A DNA stretch of 24,000 nucleotides, from the NCBI RefSeq assembly GCF_032017025.1, contig NZ_DALZQO010000003.1, positions 30,208 through 54,207 on the forward strand, in the 5' to 3' direction. Shown here piece by piece: positions 1 through 7,911 of this stretch. This stretch comes from Hydrogenoanaerobacterium sp. Lineage in GTDB: Bacteria; Bacillota; Clostridia; Oscillospirales; Ruminococcaceae. The position numbers and the translations under genes are program-made. Every line of letters begins with the position of its first letter. Within the stretch, counting starts at the first letter, position 1. The notes below the pieces were generated by a model. The model worked only from the letters and a program-made list of their open reading frames with translations. It searched no databases and was not told the origin of the DNA.

Positions 1-305
1 GTACCAAGCCCGAGGCGATTCGTGCCATGTGCGATAAAATCAAAGCAGAAGCACCAAACATGGTTGGTATTATCTCCACCGTTACCGACGGAAAAGCGTC
101 TATTTTCGCATCTTGTGGTAAGAATACCATTGAAAAAGGTATGCATGCGGGCAAGCTGGTGAAGGCAATTTGTGAGTTGGTAGGCGGCAAAGGTGGCGGA
201 CGCCCCGACAGTGCACAGGGTGGTGCAACCGAGCTGTTTAAAATTGATGAAGCGTTTGCACAGGTTCCATCGCTGATTGAAGAGATGGTAGGCAAGCAAC
301 ATTAA
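1..305 (+). CDS. alaS: Alanine--tRNA ligase, C-terminal end (5' truncated by the window edge)
   Basis: The ORF is open to the window edge (frame of nt 3). The C-terminal GGKGGGRPDSAQGG motif and tail are typical of the AlaRS C-terminal DHHA1-like domain. Stop codon at 303-305. Confidence 0.85.
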   Translation, partial: TKPEAIRAMCDKIKAEAPNMVGIISTVTDGKASIFASCGKNTIEKGMHAGKLVKAICELVGGKGGGRPDSAQGGATELFKIDEAFAQVPSLIEEMVGKQH

Positions 306-434
306 CCGGGGCATCCCCGTGTGAGACACCATTAAAATACTAAGGGAGAACCCGCTGAGCGGGCAGAGTGGCTGGCATAGAGCTGGTACCCTGTCGGCTT
401 GCCTGCGGGGGTATCCCCGCAGGAGGCGAAAAAG

Positions 435-773
435 ATGGATTGTTTGTTTTGTAAGATTGCAGCCGGTGAAATCCCCTCCAACAAAATTTACGAGGACGAC
501 AAGGTGCTTGCCTTTTATGACATTGACCCAAAGGCACCGGTACACTTTCTCGTCATTCCCAAAGAGCATATTGCAAGTGCGGATTGCATTACGGCTGAAA
601 ACAGCACGCTGATTGCACACGTGTTTGAGGTAATTGCAAAAATTGCAGCAGATCTAAAGCTTGAAAAAGGCTACCGCATTGTGAATAACTGCGGTGAGCA
701 CGGCGGGCAGACCGTCGGTCATCTGCATTTTCACATTCTGGCAGGCAGAAGCCTGACATGGCCCCCGGGCTAG
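435..773 (+). CDS. HIT (histidine triad) family nucleotide hydrolase/transferase
   Basis: Histidine-triad motif HLHFHILAG near the C-terminus and N-terminal CLFCKI..GEIP. I moved the start from the track's 399 to ATG 435, which follows AGGAGG at 421-426. Confidence 0.9.
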   Translation: MDCLFCKIAAGEIPSNKIYEDDKVLAFYDIDPKAPVHFLVIPKEHIASADCITAENSTLIAHVFEVIAKIAADLKLEKGYRIVNNCGEHGGQTVGHLHFHILAGRSLTWPPG

Positions 774-888
774 CGGGCAGCGCCTGCCGGCAAGCGGGAC
801 ACAAAACTAAGGCTGCATACAGTAAACCTTAGCCGCTGTGCATTTTAGGTAAGGCCTTTTAACAAGATTATTTGAAAGAGGTGCCATT

Positions 889-1428
889 ATGGACAAATAC
901 TATAAATTAACAGTTGCCGGGTTGCAGCGCGATTTAAAAATCTGCCCAGTCAGCGATCACTTGGACATTGCTTCCTTCATCATGTTTAGTGATGTAGAAT
1001 TGACGGTGCGCTGTGCAGAAGAGCTGCTAAAGCTTGCCCCCGAGTTTGATGTTCTGCTTACCGCAGAGGCAAAAAGCATTCCTCTCGCTTACGAGATGGC
1101 GCGCCAGTCCGGCAAGCCGTATATTCCGGTGCGCAAGGGTAAAAAAGCATATATGACCGATCCTGTTTGCGTCAATGTAAAATCAATTACTACCGCAAAT
1201 GTGCAGACGTTGTATCTTGATAAAAAAGACCTCGAGTCACTCAGAGACAAACGCGTGCTGATTGTAGACGATGTCATCAGCACAGGTATGTCGCTAAAGG
1301 CGATGGAGGAGTTTGTTGAAAAGGCACAGGGCATTATTGCCGCCAAGGCTGCTGTACTTGCCGAGGGCGAGGCAGCCGACAGAACCGATATTATCTTTTT
1401 AGAGAAGCTACCCGTATTCCCAAAGTAA
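889..1428 (+). CDS. Type I phosphoribosyltransferase family protein (Apt/Xpt-like; substrate not assignable)
   Basis: PRPP-binding loop VLIVDDVISTGMS. Size of 179 aa fits the family. RBS GAGG lies upstream of the ATG. Confidence 0.75.
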   Translation: MDKYYKLTVAGLQRDLKICPVSDHLDIASFIMFSDVELTVRCAEELLKLAPEFDVLLTAEAKSIPLAYEMARQSGKPYIPVRKGKKAYMTDPVCVNVKSITTANVQTLYLDKKDLESLRDKRVLIVDDVISTGMSLKAMEEFVEKAQGIIAAKAAVLAEGEAADRTDIIFLEKLPVFPK

Positions 1429-1527
1429 TAGAACCATCTACAGGCTTTAAATAACCGCGTCATTTTTTGCAGGGCATGGGGCAACGCCCCCGTAGGCTCT
1501 TAGTAAAGAATAAGTGAGGGTAACAAT

Positions 1528-3681
1528 ATGAAGCGACCGATTGCTGTAATAGGGCTGACCTATCTTTTTACAGCGGCGGTCGCTGTCTGTTTTTCGTGGA
1601 CAATCAGCTTTGCAGCAGGTATTGCAATGGGATTGTGCGGGCTGCTTGCGTTGCTTTCGCGCCACCCGATGAAGCGTTGTGTCAGTATGGTTTTGCTTAC
1701 CGCAAGCGTGGCATGTATAGCGGTAATGCTTTTTACCCTGTGGCGCATAGAGCCACAGCGCAAGCTGGCGGGCAAAACGGTGCCTGTCTCCGGCACGGTA
1801 ACCAGGGTTGTGGGTGAACGCTCCATTGAGTTGGAATTGGCGAATGGTACGGTTATGGCGGTTTCGTCGCGCGAAACACTGGATACCGACCTTGGAGACC
1901 GCTTTTCGGCAACCGTTACGCTCTCGCTCTATGAAAGTGGCAGCACCTCGCTGTATGCACAGCGCAAAGCGAAAACGGTACCCCTGCGTGGTTTTGTGCT
2001 GGGCGATTACATCACCGCGCCGCCGCAGGGAAATCTGCGCGGCTGGCTGAATCAGCAAAAGCAGGCGATGTCCAATCAGCTGCGGCGCATGCTACCCAAA
2101 ACAGAAGGCAATGTGCTGGCAGGCATGCTGCTCGGGCAGCAGCACCTTATTCCGCAGGAGACGAGAGACGACTATGCCGCCGCGGGTATTTCGCATATTA
2201 TTGCAATCTCAGGTTTTCATATTGCGGTAATATCCGCCTTTTTTCAGATGGTGTTTCAGCGGCTGCGCTTGGGGCATAAGCTGAGCACGATTCTGACGGC
2301 TGCTGCTATTCTGCTTTATATGGCACTGGTGGGGTATACTCCCTCGGTGGTGCGAGCGGGCGTTATGGTTATTTTGCATTTGGTTGCACAACTTGTTTGG
2401 CGCAAGGCAGATTCGCTCACCTCGCTCGCGGTGGCAGGGCTGTTCATCTGCGTGCCAAACCCGCTTGCCGCAGGTGACATCAGCTTTCAGCTCACATTTT
2501 TGGCAACGCTGGGCATGGTATTGTGTTCCTCTAAGCTGTACGGTGCCATTCAAAAGCGACTGGGCAGAGCGCGTTTTCCAAAAACACAGGAGTTTGCCGT
2601 TTCTTCGCTGGCGATGACGCTTTGCGCTACACTTTTCACCCTGCCTGTTATCGTGTTTAGCTTTGGGCGTGTTTCGCTCTATGCACCACTCACCAATTTA
2701 CTCATTGCACCTCTTATACCGCTTTCGCTTGTTTTGGGTTTGTGCGCCGCTGTGCTGAGCGCGGTGCCGCTGATCAGCGTGGCAGCAGTGCCGTTTGCGT
2801 TCTTGGCGGGTATTGCGATTAAAATTATCTCCTCGGTATCGGCGATGATGGCAGCTCTGCCGTTTGCACAGCTGCCGGTGGGAGCCGGTTTCGTGCCGGT
2901 GTGGATGCTTGGTGCGGCGGTACTCATTGCACTGGCAATGATACGCCCAACGCGCAAAAAGACGATTGTTTGTGGTGCCTTGTGCGCCATTTCGCTGATG
3001 GTAGGTATCTTCTCTTATCAGCTTTTGCTGCGAGGCACGGTGCGTGCCACCACTCTCGTCACCGAAAATTCGGTGATATTTGTGGTGGTAAAAGACCGCC
3101 GCGCCGCAGTGCTCGGCGACATCAACAGTAAAAACGACGCATACCGGGTGCAGTCGGTGCTCGAACGGTACTCCATCGACAGTATCGACCTGCTTGCGCT
3201 GCAGCCCACCACACGGCGGCGAAACAGTGCGGCAGGCAGCTTGCTTGAGCGCTACCAGGTCGGCACTGCGGTTTTAAGTATGGAAGATTACCAGGATGAA
3301 CGGCTTGCCCAGGCGGTACAGAAGGCGGGTGCGGTGTATGAGTGGGGAGATATGCAGGTTTCGCTGCTTAGTGGGGGAAAGGTACAGCTTTACCAAAACG
3401 ACATTTCAGCGGAATTTAACGGGATAAAAACTTTCATTCTGACAGGGGAATGTGATATACTAAGCAGTAGCAGAAGGTTTGGCGACTGCGCCATTGCCGT
3501 TCTGGCTGGCGATACCCCGCAGGGTATCAGCCGTCTGCGCTGCGATACTTTGGTCACCAATCGCATTTATAGCGGCGAGGTACATACAGGGCTTGCGGTA
3601 TCCGCCTATGTGCTGGATGACGACAAGTCTGAAATCAGCTGGATGATAAAGGACGGGAAGCTGAAGGTGCTTGCAGGCTGA
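1528..3681 (+). CDS. comEC: ComEC/Rec2 family DNA internalisation channel protein (C-terminal MBL-like domain degenerate)
   Basis: Competence-domain signature GISHIIAISGFHIAVI and many predicted TM helices. The C-terminal soluble domain aligns by eye to the ComEC beta-lactamase-like domain. Followed by holA, as is common in Firmicutes. Confidence 0.9.
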   Translation: MKRPIAVIGLTYLFTAAVAVCFSWTISFAAGIAMGLCGLLALLSRHPMKRCVSMVLLTASVACIAVMLFTLWRIEPQRKLAGKTVPVSGTVTRVVGERSIELELANGTVMAVSSRETLDTDLGDRFSATVTLSLYESGSTSLYAQRKAKTVPLRGFVLGDYITAPPQGNLRGWLNQQKQAMSNQLRRMLPKTEGNVLAGMLLGQQHLIPQETRDDYAAAGISHIIAISGFHIAVISAFFQMVFQRLRLGHKLSTILTAAAILLYMALVGYTPSVVRAGVMVILHLVAQLVWRKADSLTSLAVAGLFICVPNPLAAGDISFQLTFLATLGMVLCSSKLYGAIQKRLGRARFPKTQEFAVSSLAMTLCATLFTLPVIVFSFGRVSLYAPLTNLLIAPLIPLSLVLGLCAAVLSAVPLISVAAVPFAFLAGIAIKIISSVSAMMAALPFAQLPVGAGFVPVWMLGAAVLIALAMIRPTRKKTIVCGALCAISLMVGIFSYQLLLRGTVRATTLVTENSVIFVVVKDRRAAVLGDINSKNDAYRVQSVLERYSIDSIDLLALQPTTRRRNSAAGSLLERYQVGTAVLSMEDYQDERLAQAVQKAGAVYEWGDMQVSLLSGGKVQLYQNDISAEFNGIKTFILTGECDILSSSRRFGDCAIAVLAGDTPQGISRLRCDTLVTNRIYSGEVHTGLAVSAYVLDDDKSEISWMIKDGKLKVLAG

Positions 3682-3711
3682 TATGCAGCAAAAAACAAGG
3701 GGGCTGTAAAA

Positions 3712-4761
3712 TTGATTTATAAAACCGAAGCCGATTTTGCGGCCAAACTGAAAAATTATAACCCATGTAACGTGTATTTTTTATATGGTGAGCAGAATTA
3801 CCTGAAAAAAATGTACCTAAAAAAGATTATTGATAAAACTGTGGATAAGGCGTTTGCCGATTTTAACCTCAACCGTTTTGATGGCACGAGTGCCAGCCTT
3901 GATGATATTTCAGACGCGGTGGAAGCACTGCCCATGATGGCGCCGCGCAAATGTGTTGTGGTAAACGACCTGGATGTTGGCAAGCTTACCGCAACCGACA
4001 ACAACAAGCTCAAAGAACTGTTGGCAAGCCCGCCCGAATCCACGGTACTGGTGTTCACCACCACCGATGTTATGGTAGATATGAAAAAGAGTGCGAAATG
4101 GAAGGCGTTTGTCAAGCTGGTGGATGCTGTTGGCGACGTAATTGAACTGGGCGCCCGCTCCCCGAGCGATACCAACCGCTTTTTAAAAGTAATTGCCGAC
4201 AAAAATGGCTGTACAATATCGTCGGACAACTGCTACTATTTAATCGAGCGCTGCGGCGACGATATGCAGGTGCTTCAAAATGAGATGAACAAGCTGTGCG
4301 CCTACAAAAGCACGGGCGAAATTACCAAAGCGGATATTGACCTTTGTGCGGTTGCTGTTTTGGATGCAAGCGTATTCGATCTTTCCAAACTGATTATCAA
4401 GGGGGATTATCAGGGTGCGATGCAGAACCTTAGCGAGCTGCTGTACCTACGTGAGGAGCCTGTCATGATCCTCGGTGCACTTTCAGCCAGCTTTATCGAT
4501 CTTTACCGCGCAAGGGTAGCGCGCGAAAACAGCAAAACCGCCGCCGACCTCAGCCGTATCTTCGGTGCGTATAAGGGGAAGGACTGGCGCGTGAGAAATG
4601 CCATGCGCGACTGCGACCGTTTTGGCAAGGCTCAGCTCGGCAGTATTTTAGAGTTGCTTGCAAAAGCCGACTACAAGCTGAAAAGCAGCAAAACCGATAA
4701 CGTAATCATCCTACAAGAGACCATTACCCGCATTTTTGCCGTGGGCAACGCCCGGCGATAA
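3712..4761 (+). CDS. holA: DNA polymerase III delta subunit
   Basis: 349 aa with an N-terminal VYFLYGEQNYL-type motif and a C-terminal helical domain. TTG start preceded by AAGGGGG. Conserved comEC-holA adjacency. Confidence 0.85.
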   Translation: MIYKTEADFAAKLKNYNPCNVYFLYGEQNYLKKMYLKKIIDKTVDKAFADFNLNRFDGTSASLDDISDAVEALPMMAPRKCVVVNDLDVGKLTATDNNKLKELLASPPESTVLVFTTTDVMVDMKKSAKWKAFVKLVDAVGDVIELGARSPSDTNRFLKVIADKNGCTISSDNCYYLIERCGDDMQVLQNEMNKLCAYKSTGEITKADIDLCAVAVLDASVFDLSKLIIKGDYQGAMQNLSELLYLREEPVMILGALSASFIDLYRARVARENSKTAADLSRIFGAYKGKDWRVRNAMRDCDRFGKAQLGSILELLAKADYKLKSSKTDNVIILQETITRIFAVGNARR

Positions 4762-4773
4762 AGGAGAATACCT

Positions 4774-5367
4774 GTGATTAAACTAAAGCAGGCTGTCGTG
4801 GTGGAGGGCAGATATGACAAAATCAAGCTGTCATCTATTCTAGATGCCACCATCATTGAAACCAACGGCTTTCGCATTTTTAAGGATAAAGATAAAATCG
4901 CCTTGCTCTCGGAGCTTGCAAAGCGCACAGGACTTGTAGTGCTGACCGATTCCGACACGGCGGGCTTTACGATACGCAACCATATCAAAAACTGTGTGCG
5001 CGAAGGTAAAATCTATCATGCTTATATTCCCGAGATTTTGGGCAAAGAAAAACGCAAAGCCAAGGGCTCAAAGGCCGGTACGCTGGGTGTAGAGGGCGTA
5101 CCGGTAGATGTGATTCTCACGGCGCTTGAAAAAGCAGGCGTGCATGCGCAGCAGGGCGGCGGGGGAACACATCAAATCACCAAAGCCCACCTGTTTGAGG
5201 ACGGGCTTTCGGGTACAGCGGGCAGCCACGAGCTGCGCATAAAGCTGCTGAAAAAACTGGGCCTACCGCAATATCTCTCGGCAAATTCCATGCTTGATGT
5301 GCTGAACACGCTGTTCAGCTTTGAAGAATATAAAAATTTAGTGGCAGAGCTGCAAAGGACGGAGTAA
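4774..5367 (+). CDS. Toprim-domain protein, RNase M5 (RnmV)-like / DUF4093-type
   Basis: VVVEGRYD (Toprim Glu) and LTDSDTAG (DxD) motifs, with overall collinearity to B. subtilis RnmV as recalled from memory. GTG start 6 nt after AAGGAG (4762-4767). Confidence 0.7.
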   Translation: MIKLKQAVVVEGRYDKIKLSSILDATIIETNGFRIFKDKDKIALLSELAKRTGLVVLTDSDTAGFTIRNHIKNCVREGKIYHAYIPEILGKEKRKAKGSKAGTLGVEGVPVDVILTALEKAGVHAQQGGGGTHQITKAHLFEDGLSGTAGSHELRIKLLKKLGLPQYLSANSMLDVLNTLFSFEEYKNLVAELQRTE

Positions 5368-5370
5368 TAG

Positions 5371-6702
5371 TTGACGCTATACAGTTTGACGTTTATCTAC
5401 TTGTTTTTGCCGTTTTCGGTGCTGATTTATTACATTACGCCAAAGCGCGCGAAAAACGCAATACTGGTTCTTATTTCACTGAGCTTCTATACACTGGCAG
5501 AACCGAAGTATCTGCCGCTGATGGTGGGCTCGGTGCTGTTCGATTATGCCGTTTGCAGGCTGATGGAGCGTTTGGACGACAAAGAAAAGCTGCGTAAGGC
5601 ACTTATGCTTACGGTGCTGATTAAAAATGCGATGCTTGTTATTTTGCTTTCAGCGTTTACCCAAAACCGCGAGCTGTGGCGCCCGCTTGGTGTGATGATT
5701 TATGCGGTTACCAGCCTGGGCTACACCTTGGATGTGTACGAGCGCGAGACCGAGTGTGAGCATAATCTCATTGATTTTGCGTTGTTCTGTGTGCTGTTTG
5801 TCAAGCTGCCTGCCGGCCCGCTGGTGCGCTGGAACGAGCTGCGCGGCCAAATTAAAGACCGCCGCCCCTCGCTTTCTACGATGAGTGAGGGGGTAATCCT
5901 ATACATTCAGGGGCTTGCCAAAAAGGTGCTCATTGGCGGCAATATGACTGCGATTTACGACCAGCTTGCCGCGTTTTCGCGCTCTGAGCAATCGGTGGTT
6001 TCGTCGTGGCTGATGACCGCGGCGTTGGCGTTTGCCATCTACTTTAACCTTTCATCGCTGTGCGATATGGCGCGCGGGCTTGCAAAAATGTTCTCGCTCG
6101 AGCTGCCGCGCAACTTTTATTATCCCTACCAGTCGCGCAGTGTCACCGAGTTTGTCAGCCGTTTTAATATTACCGTCAGCGATTTCTTCCGTGCGTATTT
6201 GCCCGAGCGCTTGCGTGGCGAGCTGCAAAACGGCACCGCCTTGGTGCTGAACATCGGTATCGTCACCCTGTTTTGGGGCGCGTGGTTTGGCTTTCGCGTC
6301 AACTACATTATCTGGGGGCTTTATTTTGTACTGTTTCAGCTTCTCGAAAAGCTGGGGCTTGGCACACTGCTGAAAAAACTTCCGGTGCTGTTTACACGCA
6401 TGTACACTTTTGCGGTGGTGCTGCTATCGTTCGTTATTTTTGCGGGCAACAATGTCGATCAAAGCATTCGTTATTTTAAAACGATGCTGGGCATTGGCAG
6501 CCCTAAGCTTTATACCGATACGGCCATGTACATCGCATCGTCCAACTATATACTGCTCATCATAGCGTTTGTGCTGTGTACCAGCTTGGTGCACACCCTG
6601 CTTGTGTCGCTGCGCAAAAAGGTGCCGGTGTTCTGCCAAATTGTTAACATCGTTATCAACACGCTTTTGCTGGTGGTTTCCACCGCGTTTTTGGTGGTGT
6701 AG
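5371..6702 (+). CDS. MBOAT family membrane protein (AlgI/DltB-like) with both conserved histidines substituted
   Basis: Collinear by eye with DltB/AlgI. Matching segments are LGVMIYAVTSLGYTLDVY, PAGPLVRWNEL, NFYYPYQSRSVTEFVSRFNITVSDFFRAYL and GAWFGF..YIIWGLYF. Multi-TM protein. TTG start 3 nt after the upstream stop. Confidence 0.85.
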   Translation: MTLYSLTFIYLFLPFSVLIYYITPKRAKNAILVLISLSFYTLAEPKYLPLMVGSVLFDYAVCRLMERLDDKEKLRKALMLTVLIKNAMLVILLSAFTQNRELWRPLGVMIYAVTSLGYTLDVYERETECEHNLIDFALFCVLFVKLPAGPLVRWNELRGQIKDRRPSLSTMSEGVILYIQGLAKKVLIGGNMTAIYDQLAAFSRSEQSVVSSWLMTAALAFAIYFNLSSLCDMARGLAKMFSLELPRNFYYPYQSRSVTEFVSRFNITVSDFFRAYLPERLRGELQNGTALVLNIGIVTLFWGAWFGFRVNYIIWGLYFVLFQLLEKLGLGTLLKKLPVLFTRMYTFAVVLLSFVIFAGNNVDQSIRYFKTMLGIGSPKLYTDTAMYIASSNYILLIIAFVLCTSLVHTLLVSLRKKVPVFCQIVNIVINTLLLVVSTAFLVV

Positions 6703-6751
6703 CGAGCAGAAGCCTATTTTGAAAATTTTGTATTGGTAAGGAGGGTTTTTT

Positions 6752-7876
6752 ATGATGGGAAAACGAGTAAGCGCGTTGATTTTTTTGCTGTTAATGCTGC
6801 TTGTACCGGCATGGACGTGGATTTCCGGCGGCTTTGACGCATTCCCCGTCTTTGATATCCTCCAGGTTGCGTCGGGGGACTATGCCAAAGAGGCTGAAAA
6901 GAGCTTTCGACAGGTTTTTCCGCAGCGGGAGCAGCTTTCAAACTTTGCGTGGAACTTGCGTTACCGTACCGGAGCCAAGGAGATTGACGGCTATTTCATC
7001 ACAGATACGAGCATTATTAAAAACGTTGCAAAGCCCAATAGAAAGCTGGTCGAGGCCAACAACGCTGCAATTATGCAGTTTGCGCAGCGCGTAAAAACCA
7101 AGACCTATTTTATGCTGCTGCCCACAGCTTCGGCAGTCAAGCAGCAGTCGCTTCCCGATTTTGCGACGCCGTACAATCAAAAAAGCTTTATCGATGATAT
7201 TTATCAGAGCTTTGGCGGCGAGCTACTCACCGTGGATGTTTACCCCATGCTGTTTGCAAACCAAAGCAAAAACCTCTACTACAACACGGAGGATCAGATC
7301 ACCCCTCTGGGCGGCTATTATACCTATATGGTGCTCGGCGATAAGCTGGGAACAAACGTCAACTCGCTGGATAAATACACCATTGAGTATGTAAAACACG
7401 ATTATGAAGGCAGCTTGAAAACCAAGTTCCCCTATGCGCAGGTGAAAAACGACGTTATCACCCTTTACCATTACCGCCTAGATAAATTTTACCGCACCTA
7501 TACCATCCGAAGAACCGAAGACAATGAGTATGCTTCGCTCAACGATTTGTACGACCGCAGCTGCCTGCTGGGTGAAAAACCGCTGGACGTCTATTTTGGC
7601 GGTATGTCGCAGATTGTGGATATCACGATTAAAACAGGTGCGGATAAGCCCAGCCCCAATAAAACCAAGCTGCTCATCATTGGGGATGAAACCGCCAAAA
7701 GCTATGTGCCGTTTCTCACCCCGCACTACAGCGAGATTCAGATTATCAATGCAGCAACCGCAACACCCCAGCAGCTATCTGATGCAGATATTTTATACTA
7801 CGACCAGGTGCTGTTTGCTTTTTCCACCGATACCTATATGCATTGTGAAAACCTTTCGGTACTTGGCGAACTGTAA
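6752..7876 (+). CDS. DHHW-family (AlgJ/AlgX-like SGNH-fold) protein, N-terminally anchored, motif residues substituted
   Basis: N-terminal signal/anchor LIFLLLMLLVPAW. YYNTEDQITPLGGYYTY aligns to the family's YY.TDHHWT.LGAYYAY block. Usual position directly after an MBOAT gene. RBS AAGGAGG at 6739-6745. Confidence 0.75.
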   Translation: MMGKRVSALIFLLLMLLVPAWTWISGGFDAFPVFDILQVASGDYAKEAEKSFRQVFPQREQLSNFAWNLRYRTGAKEIDGYFITDTSIIKNVAKPNRKLVEANNAAIMQFAQRVKTKTYFMLLPTASAVKQQSLPDFATPYNQKSFIDDIYQSFGGELLTVDVYPMLFANQSKNLYYNTEDQITPLGGYYTYMVLGDKLGTNVNSLDKYTIEYVKHDYEGSLKTKFPYAQVKNDVITLYHYRLDKFYRTYTIRRTEDNEYASLNDLYDRSCLLGEKPLDVYFGGMSQIVDITIKTGADKPSPNKTKLLIIGDETAKSYVPFLTPHYSEIQIINAATATPQQLSDADILYYDQVLFAFSTDTYMHCENLSVLGEL

Positions 7877-7882
7877 AAACAA

Positions 7883-7907
7883 AGCTCCTGCCGGTTTGGC
7901 AGGAGCT
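7883..7907. terminator. Bidirectional Rho-independent terminator between the DHHW gene (+) and the DUF1846 gene (-)
   Basis: 10-bp perfect stem AGCTCCTGCC / GGCAGGAGCT with loop GGTTT. T-rich run downstream on both strands. Confidence 0.8.
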
Positions 7908-7911
7908 GCTT

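Noticed and set aside
774-888. Possible purine riboswitch upstream of the phosphoribosyltransferase gene
   Set aside because: xpt/apt-type genes often carry one, so I looked for it. The spacer lacks the conserved junction and loop sequences of the purine riboswitch as I know them and shows only short generic hairpins.
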